DNA of 64,000 nt from Alphaproteobacteria bacterium (lineage in GTDB: Bacteria > Pseudomonadota > Alphaproteobacteria > SP197). The stretch covers positions 4,032,001-4,096,000 of the forward strand of contig OZ219747.1 of assembly GCA_964291265.2 (NCBI GenBank), written 5' to 3'. This document shows, piece by piece, positions 52,081 to 62,576 of the stretch; positions within the stretch are counted from its first letter, which is position 1; each line of letters begins with the position of its first letter. The notes beneath the pieces are model-generated. The model was not told the DNA's origin. It saw only the letters and a program-made list of their open reading frames with translations, and did not search any database. The translations under genes and the position numbers were made by a program.

Positions 52081-53307
52081 TCAGTGCCGTGTCGCCACAC
52101 GACCACCCTGCACGACGGCGTGGAGCGGATTGAATCCTGCCCGATAGGCAAGGGCGTTGGGATGGTTGACGTCCCAGATGGCCAGGTCCGCCCGCTTGCC
52201 GACACTGAGCGTGCCGCGGTCACCCAGGAGACCGAGCGCCCGTGCCGCCTGTCTCGTCACACCGGCAAGAGCTTCTTCCGGGGTCAGAAGAAAGAGGGTC
52301 GATGCCATGTTGAGCATGAGCAGCAGCGACGTCACCGGAGAACTGCCCGGATTGCAGTCGGTTGCAACCGCGAGGGCGAGGTTGTGGCGGCGCATGAGAT
52401 CGACCGGTGGCATGGTGTCCACGCGCAGCATGTAGGCCGCACCGGGAAGCAGCACGGCAACGGTTCCGGCGCACGCCATGGCCTGTGCTCCGCTCGGCGA
52501 GAGAAACTCGAGATGATCGCATGAGAGCGCGCCATGGCGGGCGGCGACCTCGGCGGCGCCACAGTCCGAAAGCTGACCGGCGTGGAGCTTCACCGGCAGG
52601 CCGAGAGAGCGGGCCCTGGCAAGGATGCGATCCGTTTCTGCGGCCGTGAAGGCAATGTGCTCGCAGAAGACATCGACGGCATCCGCCAGCCTGCGGGCGA
52701 CGATCTCCGGCATCACCCTCGTGCAGACAAGCTCCACGTAGTCATCCCTCCTGCCGGCAAACTCGGGCGGCAGGGCATGAGCGCCAAGGAACGTGGTCAC
52801 GACGCTGACCGGGCGCATGGCCGGCAGGTGCCGTGCCGCCTGCAGCATGGAGACTTCCGTTTCGAGATCGAGACCGTATCCCGACTTGATCTCGATCGTG
52901 GTCACACCTTCGGCCAGCAAGGCATCGAGCCGCGGCAGGGCCGCCTTGACCAGTGCGTCGCGGCTGGCCGCACGTGTGGCGCGAACCGTGGAGAGAATGC
53001 CGTGTCCCGCCTCGAGAAGATCCTCGTAGGAAGCGCCCTCGAGACGGGCCTCGAATTCGTCGGCCCGATCGCCGCCATGGACCAGATGGGTATGGCAATC
53101 GATGAGTCCCGGTGTCATCCAGCGTCCGTCGAGGCGATGCACCTCGCGGGCGAGCGTGTCGGTGCGACCCGGCAGGGCATCACGCCTGCCGCAGAACACG
53201 ATGCGCCCGTCGCTGACGCCGAGCGCACCGTCATCGATCGCGCCATAGGCGCCCCGGTCATCCTCCATGGTGGCGAGGCGAACGTCCAGCCAGAGTGCAT
53301 CCCACAT
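52081..53307 (-). CDS. hutI: Imidazolonepropionase
   Basis: [41 protein letters not shown] and [10 protein letters not shown]. Confidence 0.95.
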   Translation of the reverse strand: MWDALWLDVRLATMEDDRGAYGAIDDGALGVSDGRIVFCGRRDALPGRTDTLAREVHRLDGRWMTPGLIDCHTHLVHGGDRADEFEARLEGASYEDLLEAGHGILSTVRATRAASRDALVKAALPRLDALLAEGVTTIEIKSGYGLDLETEVSMLQAARHLPAMRPVSVVTTFLGAHALPPEFAGRRDDYVELVCTRVMPEIVARRLADAVDVFCEHIAFTAAETDRILARARSLGLPVKLHAGQLSDCGAAEVAARHGALSCDHLEFLSPSGAQAMACAGTVAVLLPGAAYMLRVDTMPPVDLMRRHNLALAVATDCNPGSSPVTSLLLMLNMASTLFLLTPEEALAGVTRQAARALGLLGDRGTLSVGKRADLAIWDVNHPNALAYRAGFNPLHAVVQGGRVATRH

Positions 53308-53399
53308 GGGTTTCACTCTCGCACTTTCAGCGTTGAACGGAAAGTCATACACCGAGCTGAAGCAGCTCCTCATGTGCCATACAGCGAAGATCGTGACGT

Positions 53400-53870
53400 T
53401 GAGTCGGGCGTTGTCTCCATCCGGCCCCGGAATGAGCCGTGCTGCAAGGGCCGCCCGAACAGGCATGAGATGACTCGACGCCAGAAGAGCATGGCAGCCA
53501 GCCCTTGAAGCGATGAAGGCTGCTTCGGCGGCCCGGCGCCCCTTGCCATGCTCTCCCCGGGGAACTGACACATGGAACTGGTTCGTCTTCCGGTCGACTC
53601 CGGGTGCAAGGCAGGAGCGATCAGTATGGCACAAATCCGCTACGCTTGGGTCAGCCTCGATGCGCCGACAGGTGGTTGCCTTCGTCACGGGCATGCGAGA
53701 GATCCATGCGCTCGTGCCGCGACGTGGCGTTTGCAACCCGGTCCTCGCAGGGACCGGTCTGGCGCGGTGTGATGGAGGTGGAATCGCGCCAGGTCCTGCG
53801 CCAGGGGAATGTCGTCGCGTGTCGCTTCGACGAGTTCGGCCGTGCCTGTTGCGGATTGTGCCCATCACGC
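53400..53870 (-). pseudogene. Possible decayed GNAT acetyltransferase
   Basis: Fragments in different frames ([21 protein letters not shown]...[16 protein letters not shown]) resemble GNAT motifs. There is no intact ORF. Confidence 0.3.
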
Positions 53871-54281
53871 GTGCTCAGCTCCTCGAGATGCCCCATGCGG
53901 CATTTCCCTGCTCTCAAGTCCCCGCGCCTGACGATTCTCGTGCCATGACCGGAACGCGCCGCCGGACATGGTCAGGAATTCCGGCTCAGCAGACCACTCC
54001 GGGCAAGTCGCGAACCGCAGCGGTCGCCGGGGTCAAGGCGGCAGTGACGTGCGGTTCTGCTCGGATCCAGGACCATTCTTTTGTCAGTCCTGTGGATTGT
54101 TGATGTGACAGGGGCCTGGCATGGTTGAGGCGCCCGGGTTCTCTGTGGGCTGGTTTCAGTGGGCACTGCTGGTGCATCAGGGCTTACCAGGCACGTTTTT
54201 TCGAGTGTGCGAACAGAGCTGTCCTGTTGCGCCGTCAGGCGGCGCGTTCCCGGCTTGTGGCGCGGGGTCAGGAGCGAAGGT

Positions 54282-56076
54282 TCATCCGCCGGGCGGGATG
54301 AGGATAGCGTCGAGTGCGTCCTGGGCGCGAGCGGCGTCGTGCCGGTTGGCTTCGGGCATATAGTCGAAATGTCCGCCGCAGCGCACGATGGCGATGGCGG
54401 CGTTTGTCAGGCAGGAGAGATTGCGTGGCAGATGGCGCACATGGACCCTGCAGCGGTCCTCGTCGTAGGTGAAATCGCGTACGTAGTGGAGTCGATTTTC
54501 GATGACCCAGTGGTCGCGCACGAGGGCCAGAAGCATCTCGGGTCCGGCGCGTTCGGGAGCGAGCGAGGTGAGGCACCAGGTGGTCTCGACACTGCGCTCT
54601 TGTGCCTTGCAGATCTCGCGTTCGCGCTCGATGCGGATGGCTTGGTGGCGACCGTGGAGAGCGGCGTAGCCGTCCCACTCGGCGCCGGAGATGTCGACCA
54701 CGGCACAGCGGCGGCGCTCGATGCGTCCGTGCCCCTTGTCGAGTGTCTCGAACGAAGCCGCGCCCTTGAAGTCGATGGCCTTGAGGTCGTCGAGCATGGT
54801 CTCCTGGTTATCCTTGATCGCCGTGATGACATAGTCGGCGCGGCGCTCGAGAAGCCGTTGCGCGGTCTCGTGCTGAGCGTGCATCGCGTCCAGGGTGACG
54901 ATGCGGCCCGTGACGTCGATGCTGCTGGCGAGGTCCCGCACGGCGGGGATCTCGTTGCTCTTCGCGTCGACCTCGACCTGGCCGAGGACCATGCCGGTTC
55001 CGTGCTCGACCGCTGCGACCATCATCCGCCGCCCGTTTTTGGTCTGCCTGGAGGCGCCGCGGATGTCCTTGCCGTCCATGGCGAGCGGTGTGTCTGCACC
55101 GGCCTGCTGGGCCGTCCACAGGCCGATGGCGTGGTCCAGGGTCTCGGGCGGCAGGTTGGCGAGGATGCTGTGGAAGGTTGTGGACGTGGGCGCCGTGTAG
55201 CGCTTCTTCGACGGGCTGTAGAACGCACCCACCGCCGCCAGCTGTTCCTGGGTGAGCAGGGCGGCGAACTGAGCGAATGCGCTCACGCCGCGGTAGCCGG
55301 CGAGCCGGGCTGCGACGGCGATCGCGAGAATGGTTCTCAGCGGATAGCGCTTGCCCCGGGCCTTGCGGCACTCGGGCACCTCGCCCAGGCAGGCGAACAG
55401 ACTGCGCAGCCCGGACGCGGCCATCGGTCCGGCTTGGTCGTGCTGCTCCGCGTTCCAGCTCTCCGGGATCGCGTCCCGGCTCAGCGCCTCGGCGGCGTCG
55501 TCGGTCAGTTCGTACATGAAGATCTCCTTGGGCTGGCCGTGGTGACGGAAGCGTGCGGCGCCGCCGGGCTTGCGACCGAAGCCGCGCGTCAATCCCAGCG
55601 AGCGCCAGTTCGCCGCGCGATAGCAGGTTCCGGCGAAGCGCTTGATGTCGACGAACGTCTCCGCGAGGAGCACCGGGTATCCGTGCGCGGCCTCGATGTC
55701 GGCGGACAGCCGCCGAAGGCTCAGGCCGAGCACGCTCAGACGCCAGGTTCGGCACCCCTCTCGGGCCAAGAATGACGAACCGGGAATTGTTCGCGATCAG
55801 ATGCAGGCGGCGGAACTGCTGCTCCGCAGTCCAGCCAATCCAGCGGTCGCGTGCAGCAAGCTTGAACGAGCCCGGCTGCCAGCCGACCAGCGCCACCCAG
55901 GTCTCGCCGTGCAGGGCGACATGGCGCAGGCCCTTGCCGATGATGCCGTGAAACCGCAGGTAGTGATGCTCCTTGACCAGACGATCCCAGAGCCGGTGCT
56001 CACGTGCGCCACGGGTCGGGCGCACCGTCACCTCGCGAAGGTCGATAGGGGAATCCGGGGTCGCAAGCGTCGTCAT
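54282..56076 (-). pseudogene. ISAs1-family transposase with an N-terminal DUF4338 domain; 1-bp frameshift near 55740
   Basis: HHYL...ARDRWIGW...NNSRF...PNLAS, then a frame change to VLGLSL...ETFVD..GTCYRAANW. The ISAs1 core shows AMDGK, KSNEIP, TLDAMH, KGHGRIE and HWVIENRLHYVRD. A TIR-like CAGGGCTTTTCTGTTGTC ends at 56160. Confidence 0.9.
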
Positions 56077-56174
56077 GCCGGCACACTGCCACAGCGAAAA
56101 CGGGATGTTCACCCCAAATCAGCCCGCGCCGAGCGCCGAAACGACAACAGAAAAGCCCTGCCGGTTCACACCGG

Positions 56175-56610
56175 AGGCAAGCGCCGTCTCGAGTGTGCCG
56201 GGAAGATCGGGGAGCGGGTCGGCAAGGTCATCGGCAAGTACAAGATGGCGAAAAACGTCACGTGGTCCATCGACGACGACGGTGTCTTCACCTATGGGCG
56301 CGATGAGGCTGCCATCGCCGCCGAGGCCAGGCTCGACGGCCTCTGCGTAATCCGCACCAGCCTGCCGCAGAGCGAGCTCGACGGTCCCGGCACGGTGCGC
56401 GCCTGGAAGCAGTTGAGTTCGGTGGAACGGACCTTCCGCAGCCTCAAACCCGTGGATCTGAAGGTTCCGCCCCGTCTGTCACCGTACCGAACCCCGGGTC
56501 CGCGCCCATGTCTTCCTGTGCATGCTCGCCTACTACATTGAATGGCACATGCGCCAGAGACTGAAGCCCATGCTGTTCGACGACGAGGATGCCAAAGGCG
56601 CCGAGGCCCG
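56175..56610 (+). pseudogene. IS1634-family transposase fragment
   Basis: IGERVGKVIGKYKMAK, EARLDGLCVIRTS, VERTFRSLK and RVRAHVFLCMLAYYIEWHMR, with frameshifts. Confidence 0.82.
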
Positions 56611-56876
56611 GCGGCCTTGCGTCGCGGCACGTTCTGCCTGGAGATGACGGTCGGGAGCGATCCGGCGCGGCCGCACAGTATCGGCTGGCGCGAACTGGAG
56701 CCGATCTCGACATGCAGCCGACCGTGTGGATCCGGCACACGCCGAACAGATACTGAGGGCGCCGGGCGATGCTGCGCCTTCCGCCGTCTTCGCTTCGCGG
56801 CTGTCAGCGCCGGTTATGGGGCGCACATGTTTGCCGGCATTTTTCGGCCGGTTGCGGCTGCCGGGGCCGTCGGAGG

Positions 56877-57338
56877 CTATCCGGCCGGTGTGCGCAGGTA
56901 TTCGAGCGTCGCGACGGTGATGCCGGCGAGCGCGACCATGGCGCCGAACAGCCGCCAGACGATGGCGGCCGTGCGGTCCATCAGCCGGCGTTCCGTCTCG
57001 GCGATGCGTCCGAGCAGGCGCGTCTCGGTCGCGGCGATTCGTTCGTTGAGGCCCTTTTCGCTCGCGGCGATGCGCTCGATCAGGTTCTTCTCGACTGATG
57101 TAATCCGCTGGTCTGTAGCGGTGTTTCGTTCGCTGAGGCCCTTTTCGCTCGCGGCGATTCGTTCGAGAAGTTCGGCCTTGAGTGTGCCGAGAGCGGCGTC
57201 GAGTTCGGGTCTTGTGACGGGTTCACCGGCTTTCGCCGCGGCCTTGAGCTGGGCGGCCATGGCCTTGGCGAGTTCGGGCTTCGCGCCGGCGTCCTGGAGG
57301 GCCTCAGCGGCAGCGAGGGTGTCGAAGGACGACATCAT
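56877..57338 (-). CDS. CCDC90/DUF1640-like coiled-coil protein with a C-terminal TM helix
   Basis: FDTLAAAEALQDAG...VTRPEL, repeated ERIAASEKGL units and a hydrophobic tail. Confidence 0.7.
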   Translation of the reverse strand: MMSSFDTLAAAEALQDAGAKPELAKAMAAQLKAAAKAGEPVTRPELDAALGTLKAELLERIAASEKGLSERNTATDQRITSVEKNLIERIAASEKGLNERIAATETRLLGRIAETERRLMDRTAAIVWRLFGAMVALAGITVATLEYLRTPAG

Positions 57339-57392
57339 GGGCGCATCCTGCCCCGGGGGGCGGGTTTTCGTCAAGTCTCCGGCGGAGGTCCG

Positions 57393-57555
57393 CAGGACCA
57401 TTCTGTTGTCGTGATCGGCGGTGGACAACCGCGTCAGAGTGACCGTTCTTGAGGTCGAAACCGGGATATCGACAACGAAATCCGGTCCCGAATGGACCTC
57501 CAGATCTGCCTACAACGCCCCTCGTCGGACGAAACCGGACAAAAGAATAGTCCTG
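57393..57555. mobile_element. 163-bp MITE with ISAs1-like TIRs
   Basis: CAGGACCATTCTGTTGTC ... GACAAAAGAATAGTCCTG (16/18 inverted match); no ORF. Confidence 0.75.
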
Positions 57556-57560
57556 TGCTC

Positions 57561-59336
57561 GTCGGGTAGGCCACTGGCGCGCGCATCCGTAGGCAGAGGC
57601 TTTGTCCGTCACCGCTCTTTCGATTGCGGGCGGGGTCGCAGTTCTCCCATAGACCACGTTTCCAGCAGTCGGGTAGGCCGCTGGCGCGCGCATCCGTAGG
57701 CAGAGGCTTTGTCCGGCACCGCTCTTTCGATTGCGGGCGGGGTCGCAGAACTACCATAGACCACGTTTCCAGCAGCCTCCCTAAAATTCCGTACGTCCGG
57801 TTTTCCCGGGTACGGCTTCAAGCATCAGGCACCCACTTGGAGTTCGGTGCGGAGCCTTCCGCCGAACACGCCATGGTCAAGGCTGACCCGACCATACCCA
57901 CGGCATCTCCGAGCGTTTGCTCCGTCCTTCGACCTTGCAGTCTGTCGGTCGGTGCCGGTCTCTGAGTACCGACTTGACCTGCCGCATAAGCCACCTGAGC
58001 CCTGAGGTCCTCGCTCAGGACGGGTTGTGTTGTCCCGCCCGTCAACGCTTACTCGACCTCATCCGCCAGTCAGGAGGACTCCGCGTCCTTTCCCAGTCCT
58101 GGTTATAGACGCGGTCCTTGACATTCAAGGGTCACTTCATCCTGTCTGTCCTCCTCACCTTCCGGCCTTTCACTGCTGTACTGTCCCGGATTGCCGTCGT
58201 CTCTACCACGGGGAACCCGATGCGTGCTCCCCAGTTCTTCCGCATCGACTCTGGCCACCAAGCTGGGGGCAGGCCCTTGGCGTTCCCAACACCCCACAAG
58301 TCAGCTTCATGTGGGAAATTTCATTTTCGAGGCTTCGTACAATCGTTCGCTTTCGCTACGGCCCTCCGGTTCGCTCGCCGCCCTGGCTGACCAGACCAAC
58401 TGGACACTGCGTTCCAGCCAGCCCACAGCGGCTTCTACATCCCAGCTCGCTGGCCCAGGGTCACCCCTGTACCAGTGGGATATGCTACGGCGCCAAACTG
58501 GGAATTGCGCCGGCGGGACTTTCACCCGCAAGTACAGCAGCTAGACTCGCTGCACGCCCCCCTAAAATTCCGTACGTCCGGTTTTCCCGGGTACGGCTTC
58601 AAGCATCAGGCACCCACTTGGAGTTCGGTGCGGAGCCTTCCGCCGGACACGCCATGGTCAAGGCTGACCCATCCATACCCACGGCATCTCCGAGCGTTTG
58701 CTCCGTCCTTCGACCTTGCAGTCTGTCGGTCGGTGCCGGTCTCTGAGTACCGACTTGACCTGCCGCATAGGCCACCTGAGCCCTGAGGTCCTCGCTCGGG
58801 ACGGGTTGTGTTGTCCCGCCCGTCAACGCTTACTCGACCTCATCCGCCAGTCAGGAGGACTCCGCGTCCTTTCCCAATCCTGGTTATAGACGCGGTCCTT
58901 GACATTCAAGGGTCACTTCATCCTGTCTGTCCTCCTCACCTTCCGGCCTTTCACTGCTGTACTGTCCCGGATTGCCGCCGTCTGTACCCCGGGGAACCCG
59001 ATGCGTGCTCATCAGTTCTTCCGCATCGACTCTGGCCATCGGGCCGGATCCACGCCCTTGGCATTCCCGACCACCCCACAAATCAGCTTCGTGTGGGAGC
59101 ATCATTTCGTGGCTTCATCCAATCGTTCGCTTTCGCTACGGCCCTCCGGTTTGCTCGCCGCCCTGGCTGACCGAACCGGCTGGGCACTGTGTCCCAGCCA
59201 GCCCACAACGGCTTTCTACGTCCCAGCTCGCTGGTCCAAGGTCGCCCCTGAACCAGTGGGATATGCTACGGTGCCAAACTGACAATTGCGCCGGCGGGAC
59301 TTTCACCCGCAAGTACAGCAGCTAGACTCGCTGCAC
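57561..59336 (-). ncRNA. ORF-less group II intron, outer (888 nt: 59336-58556 plus 57667-57561)
   Basis: 5' GTGCAGCG, domain V GAAGCCGTACCCGGGAAAACCGGACGTACGGAATTTTAGGGGGG and domain VI ending CCTACCCGAC. EBS1 and EBS2 are complementary to the 5' exon. Confidence 0.9.
57668..58555 (-). ncRNA. ORF-less group II intron, inner (888 nt), inserted between DV and DVI of the outer intron
   Basis: Complete 5' GTGCAGCG to 3' CCTACCCGAC; DV at ~57775-57820; high identity to the outer intron. Confidence 0.92.
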
Positions 59337-59527
59337 GGATCCGGGATGCTTGACACGCGGCCTGGGACAATGAACCTCCAGGGGCCGCGCGCGCGGCCTC
59401 GTTTGGCGTGTTGTCGGCATCTCGATGTCGATGTCGGCATTCGTTCGGTGAGCGGCGCGAGACAGGACTTGCGCACGTCCGAGAGTGCCGACTATTGCTG
59501 TCCCGTGGTGTTCGCGGAGCGACCGAC

Positions 59528-60898
59528 ATGCCCCATACCGTCTGTCACGCGCCGTCGGCGATGCTGATCGACGGCTGGGCCGATGATGTCCTCATGACCG
59601 TCGACGACAGGGGGATGATCGAGTCCGTGGGCAGCGGCACGCCCGCGCCACCCGGATCGATCCGGCTTGCCGGGCCGGTCCTTCCGGGGATGGCCAATCT
59701 CCACAGCCATGCCTTCCAGCGGGCCATGGCGGGATTGGGAGAAAGGGCGGGAACGGGAACCGCGGACAGTTTCTGGAGCTGGCGCGAGGCAATGTATCTC
59801 TTCCTCGCGCGTCTCGGACCCGACGAGGTTGGCGCCATCGCTGCCCTGCTTTACCTCGAGATGCTCAAGGCCGGCTACACGGCGGTGGGCGAGTTTCACT
59901 ACCTGCACCACCAGCAGGACGGCACGCCTTACGACGATCGCGCAGAAATCGCCTGGCGCCTCGTTGACGCTGCGCAGAATACCGGTATCGCGCTTACACT
60001 GCTCCCGGTTCTCTACACCTTCGGCGGGTTCGGCGAGGCGCCTGCGGAATCGGGCCAACGCCGGTTCGTCAACGACAGCGACGCGTACCTTCGGCTCATG
60101 CAGGCGCTTGAACGTGCCCGCAATGGCGGAGTCAGGCTGGGAATGGCTCCCCATTCCCTGCGCGCCGTCGGCCTGACCGGACTGATGGAGGCGCTTGCCT
60201 CGGTTGACGACAGCACACCCGTCCACATCCACATCGCCGAACAGCGACGGGAAGTGGAGGAATGTCTCGCCTGGTCGGGGCTGCGTCCGGTCGACTGGCT
60301 CCTCGAGCATGTCCCTGTCGACAGGCGATGGTGCCTCGTTCACGCAACCCACGTGACTGCCGGCGAGGTCACCCGGATGGCGGCGAGCGGCGGCGTCGTG
60401 GGTCTGTGTCCGACGACCGAGGCGAACCTGGGGGACGGCATGTTCCCCCTGGGATCGTACCTCAGGCAGCACGGTGTCTTCGGGATCGGTTCGGACAGCA
60501 ACGTGTCGACGAGTCCGGTCGAGGAGTTGCGGTGGCTGGAGTATGTCCAACGGTTGCGGCGCAGGCGTCGCTGCGTGGTCTCCACCCATGACTTCCCTCA
60601 CACGGGCGAGGCCCTGTGGCGATCGGGCCTTGCCGGTGGCGCCCGGGCGCTCGGGCAGGGAGCCGCCGGATTGCAGCCCGGCGCACCCGCAGATCTCGTT
60701 GTTCTGGATGCCGATCACCCGTCGCTCGTCGCCCGCAGGCATGGTCAACTTCTCGACAGCTTCATCCTCGCCGGCAGCGGCAACCCGGTTCGGGACGTGT
60801 TCGTCCGCGGCCGCCACGTCATCAACCGGGGCCATCACGCTCTGGAAGACCGCATCACCCGTGACTACGCGGCGGTGATGCACGCGCTGGCCGGATGA
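59528..60898 (+). CDS. hutF: Formimidoylglutamate deiminase
   Basis: PGMANLHSHAFQRAMAG, SFWSWREAMY, VGEFHYLHH, APHSLRAV, HIHIAEQ and CPTTEANLGDG. Confidence 0.95.
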   Translation: MPHTVCHAPSAMLIDGWADDVLMTVDDRGMIESVGSGTPAPPGSIRLAGPVLPGMANLHSHAFQRAMAGLGERAGTGTADSFWSWREAMYLFLARLGPDEVGAIAALLYLEMLKAGYTAVGEFHYLHHQQDGTPYDDRAEIAWRLVDAAQNTGIALTLLPVLYTFGGFGEAPAESGQRRFVNDSDAYLRLMQALERARNGGVRLGMAPHSLRAVGLTGLMEALASVDDSTPVHIHIAEQRREVEECLAWSGLRPVDWLLEHVPVDRRWCLVHATHVTAGEVTRMAASGGVVGLCPTTEANLGDGMFPLGSYLRQHGVFGIGSDSNVSTSPVEELRWLEYVQRLRRRRRCVVSTHDFPHTGEALWRSGLAGGARALGQGAAGLQPGAPADLVVLDADHPSLVARRHGQLLDSFILAGSGNPVRDVFVRGRHVINRGHHALEDRITRDYAAVMHALAG

Positions 60899-60972
60899 CC
60901 GGATGAGAACTCCGGTTTGCCCGCCACCGTCGCGTGGCCTATGAACACCGGACGGTGGCGGGATCGCGATCC

Positions 60973-62493
60973 ATGGCACGACAATCACGAAGAGGCCATC
61001 AGCACCTTGCGCGGGGCGCCCGTCATCAGCCGGCGTGGGACCTGCCGGTCAACCGCTTTGCGCCCCTCGAGGCGGTGTCCCGGGACGAGGTCGCCTTCAT
61101 CCAGGACCGCTCCCTTGCCGTTCTCGAACAGATCGGCATCGAGTTCCTGCACGAGCGGGCGCTGGCGATGTTCCATGACGCGGGCGCCGACGTGGATCGC
61201 AGCACGTTCAGAGTGCGCCTGCCCCGGCAGCTCGTCGCGCATGCCATGTCCTCTGCACCTCGCACTTTCACGCTCCATGCCCGCAACCCGCAGCGCTCGC
61301 TCACCATCGGAGGCAACAGGATTGCCTTCACGCCGGTTGCCAGCCCGCCCTTCGCTCACGATCTCGAGCGCGGGCGCCGCGAAGGCAACTTCAGGGACTA
61401 CTGTGATTTCCTGCGCCTGGCCCAGGGATTCAACTGCCTTCACTTCTTCGGCGGTTACCCGGTTGAGCCGACCGACCTTCCGGCCGCCACCCGGCATCTC
61501 GACTGCCTCGCTGCCTTTGTCACGCTGACCGACCGGGCCTGGCACGCCTATTCCCTGGGCGCGGAACGCATCGATGATGCCCTCTCCATCATCTGCATCT
61601 CCAGAAACCTGTCGCGCCAGGAACTGAAGGAACAACCCAGCATCGTCACCGTGGTCAACGCGAACTCACCGCTGAGATTCGACACACCGATGCTCGATGG
61701 CATGATGACCATGGCCGAACACAACCAGCCGGTCATCGTCACCCCCTTCACGCTGGCCGGCGCCATGGCTCCCGCCAGCGTGTCCGGCGCCGTCACCCAG
61801 CAGAACGCCGAGGCCCTTGCCGGCATGACTCTGGTGCAGCTCGTCAACCCGGGAGCCCCGGTGGTCTACGGTGGATTCACCAGCAATGTCGACATGAAGA
61901 CAGGCGCCCCCGCTTTCGGCACCCCCGAGTACGCCCGAGCGACGATGATCGGTGGCCAGCTCGCCCGCCTCAACGGCGTTCCCTACCGTTCGAGCAACGT
62001 CAACGCCTCCACGTCGGTCGATGCCCAGGCCGCCTACGAGAGCCAGGTCTCCCTGTGGAGCGCCGTGATGAGTCACGCCAACATCGTGCTGCACGGCGCC
62101 GGATGGCTTGAAGGTGGACTGGTGGCCAGTTTCGAGAAGATGGTGATCGACGCCGATACCATCGAGATGATCAGCCGGGTTCTGGAGCCCGTGGAAGTGA
62201 CCGACGAGGAAATCGGCATGGCAGCCATGGGGGAGGTCGGTCCCGGAGGACACTTCTTCGGCGCTGACCACACCCTGGAGCGCTGCGAGACGGCCTTCCA
62301 CGAACCGATGGTGTCGGACTGGAGGCGTTTCGAGAACTGGAAAGACGCCGGCGGCGTCGACGCGACCGGACGCGCCTCGCGCCTTGCCCGCGAGCTCATT
62401 GATTCCTGGGAAGCGCCCGCGGTCTCGGCCGAGACCGCGGCGGAGCTCGACGCCTTCGTCACCCGCCGCAAGACCGAGATTCTGGGGATCTGA
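60973..62493 (+). CDS. Trimethylamine methyltransferase (MttB) family protein, pyrrolysine-free
   Basis: FTLHARNP, NANSPLRFD, TPFTLAGAMAP, VDMKTGAPAFGTPE, DAQAAYE and VGPGGHFFG; no in-frame amber codon. Confidence 0.92.
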   Translation: MARQSRRGHQHLARGARHQPAWDLPVNRFAPLEAVSRDEVAFIQDRSLAVLEQIGIEFLHERALAMFHDAGADVDRSTFRVRLPRQLVAHAMSSAPRTFTLHARNPQRSLTIGGNRIAFTPVASPPFAHDLERGRREGNFRDYCDFLRLAQGFNCLHFFGGYPVEPTDLPAATRHLDCLAAFVTLTDRAWHAYSLGAERIDDALSIICISRNLSRQELKEQPSIVTVVNANSPLRFDTPMLDGMMTMAEHNQPVIVTPFTLAGAMAPASVSGAVTQQNAEALAGMTLVQLVNPGAPVVYGGFTSNVDMKTGAPAFGTPEYARATMIGGQLARLNGVPYRSSNVNASTSVDAQAAYESQVSLWSAVMSHANIVLHGAGWLEGGLVASFEKMVIDADTIEMISRVLEPVEVTDEEIGMAAMGEVGPGGHFFGADHTLERCETAFHEPMVSDWRRFENWKDAGGVDATGRASRLARELIDSWEAPAVSAETAAELDAFVTRRKTEILGI

Positions 62494-62576
62494 CCGACGC
62501 TCAGGGCACCTTGTCACAGGGTGGGGCCTGCCTCCATAGTGGAGTCATGAGGACCTGCCCCCAAAGGGAGTGATTC

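Larger units (their letters stand above)
54068..57555. mobile_element. Composite element bounded by ISAs1-type ends (ISAs1 copy, cargo and MITE)
   Basis: Outer TIRs CAGGACCATTCTTTTGTC and inverse CAGGACTATTCTTTTGTC match at 17/18. The 10-bp TSD TGCTCGGATC is at 54058-54067 and, split by the intron, at 57556-57560 plus 59337-59341. Confidence 0.85.

Noticed and set aside
54178-54186. CAGGGCTT as the true left end of the ISAs1
   Set aside because: It matches the 56160 end for only 8 bp and has no TSD. The 54068 end has a longer TIR similarity and the 10-bp duplication.
55500-56076. DUF4338 region as a Druantia (DruA) defence system
   Set aside because: It is the N-terminal part of an ISAs1 transposase inside IS ends, and no other Druantia genes are present.
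57561-57775. 107-bp tandem repeat as a CRISPR or other repeat array
   Set aside because: It is the two domain VI segments of the nested introns. There are no spacers or cas genes.
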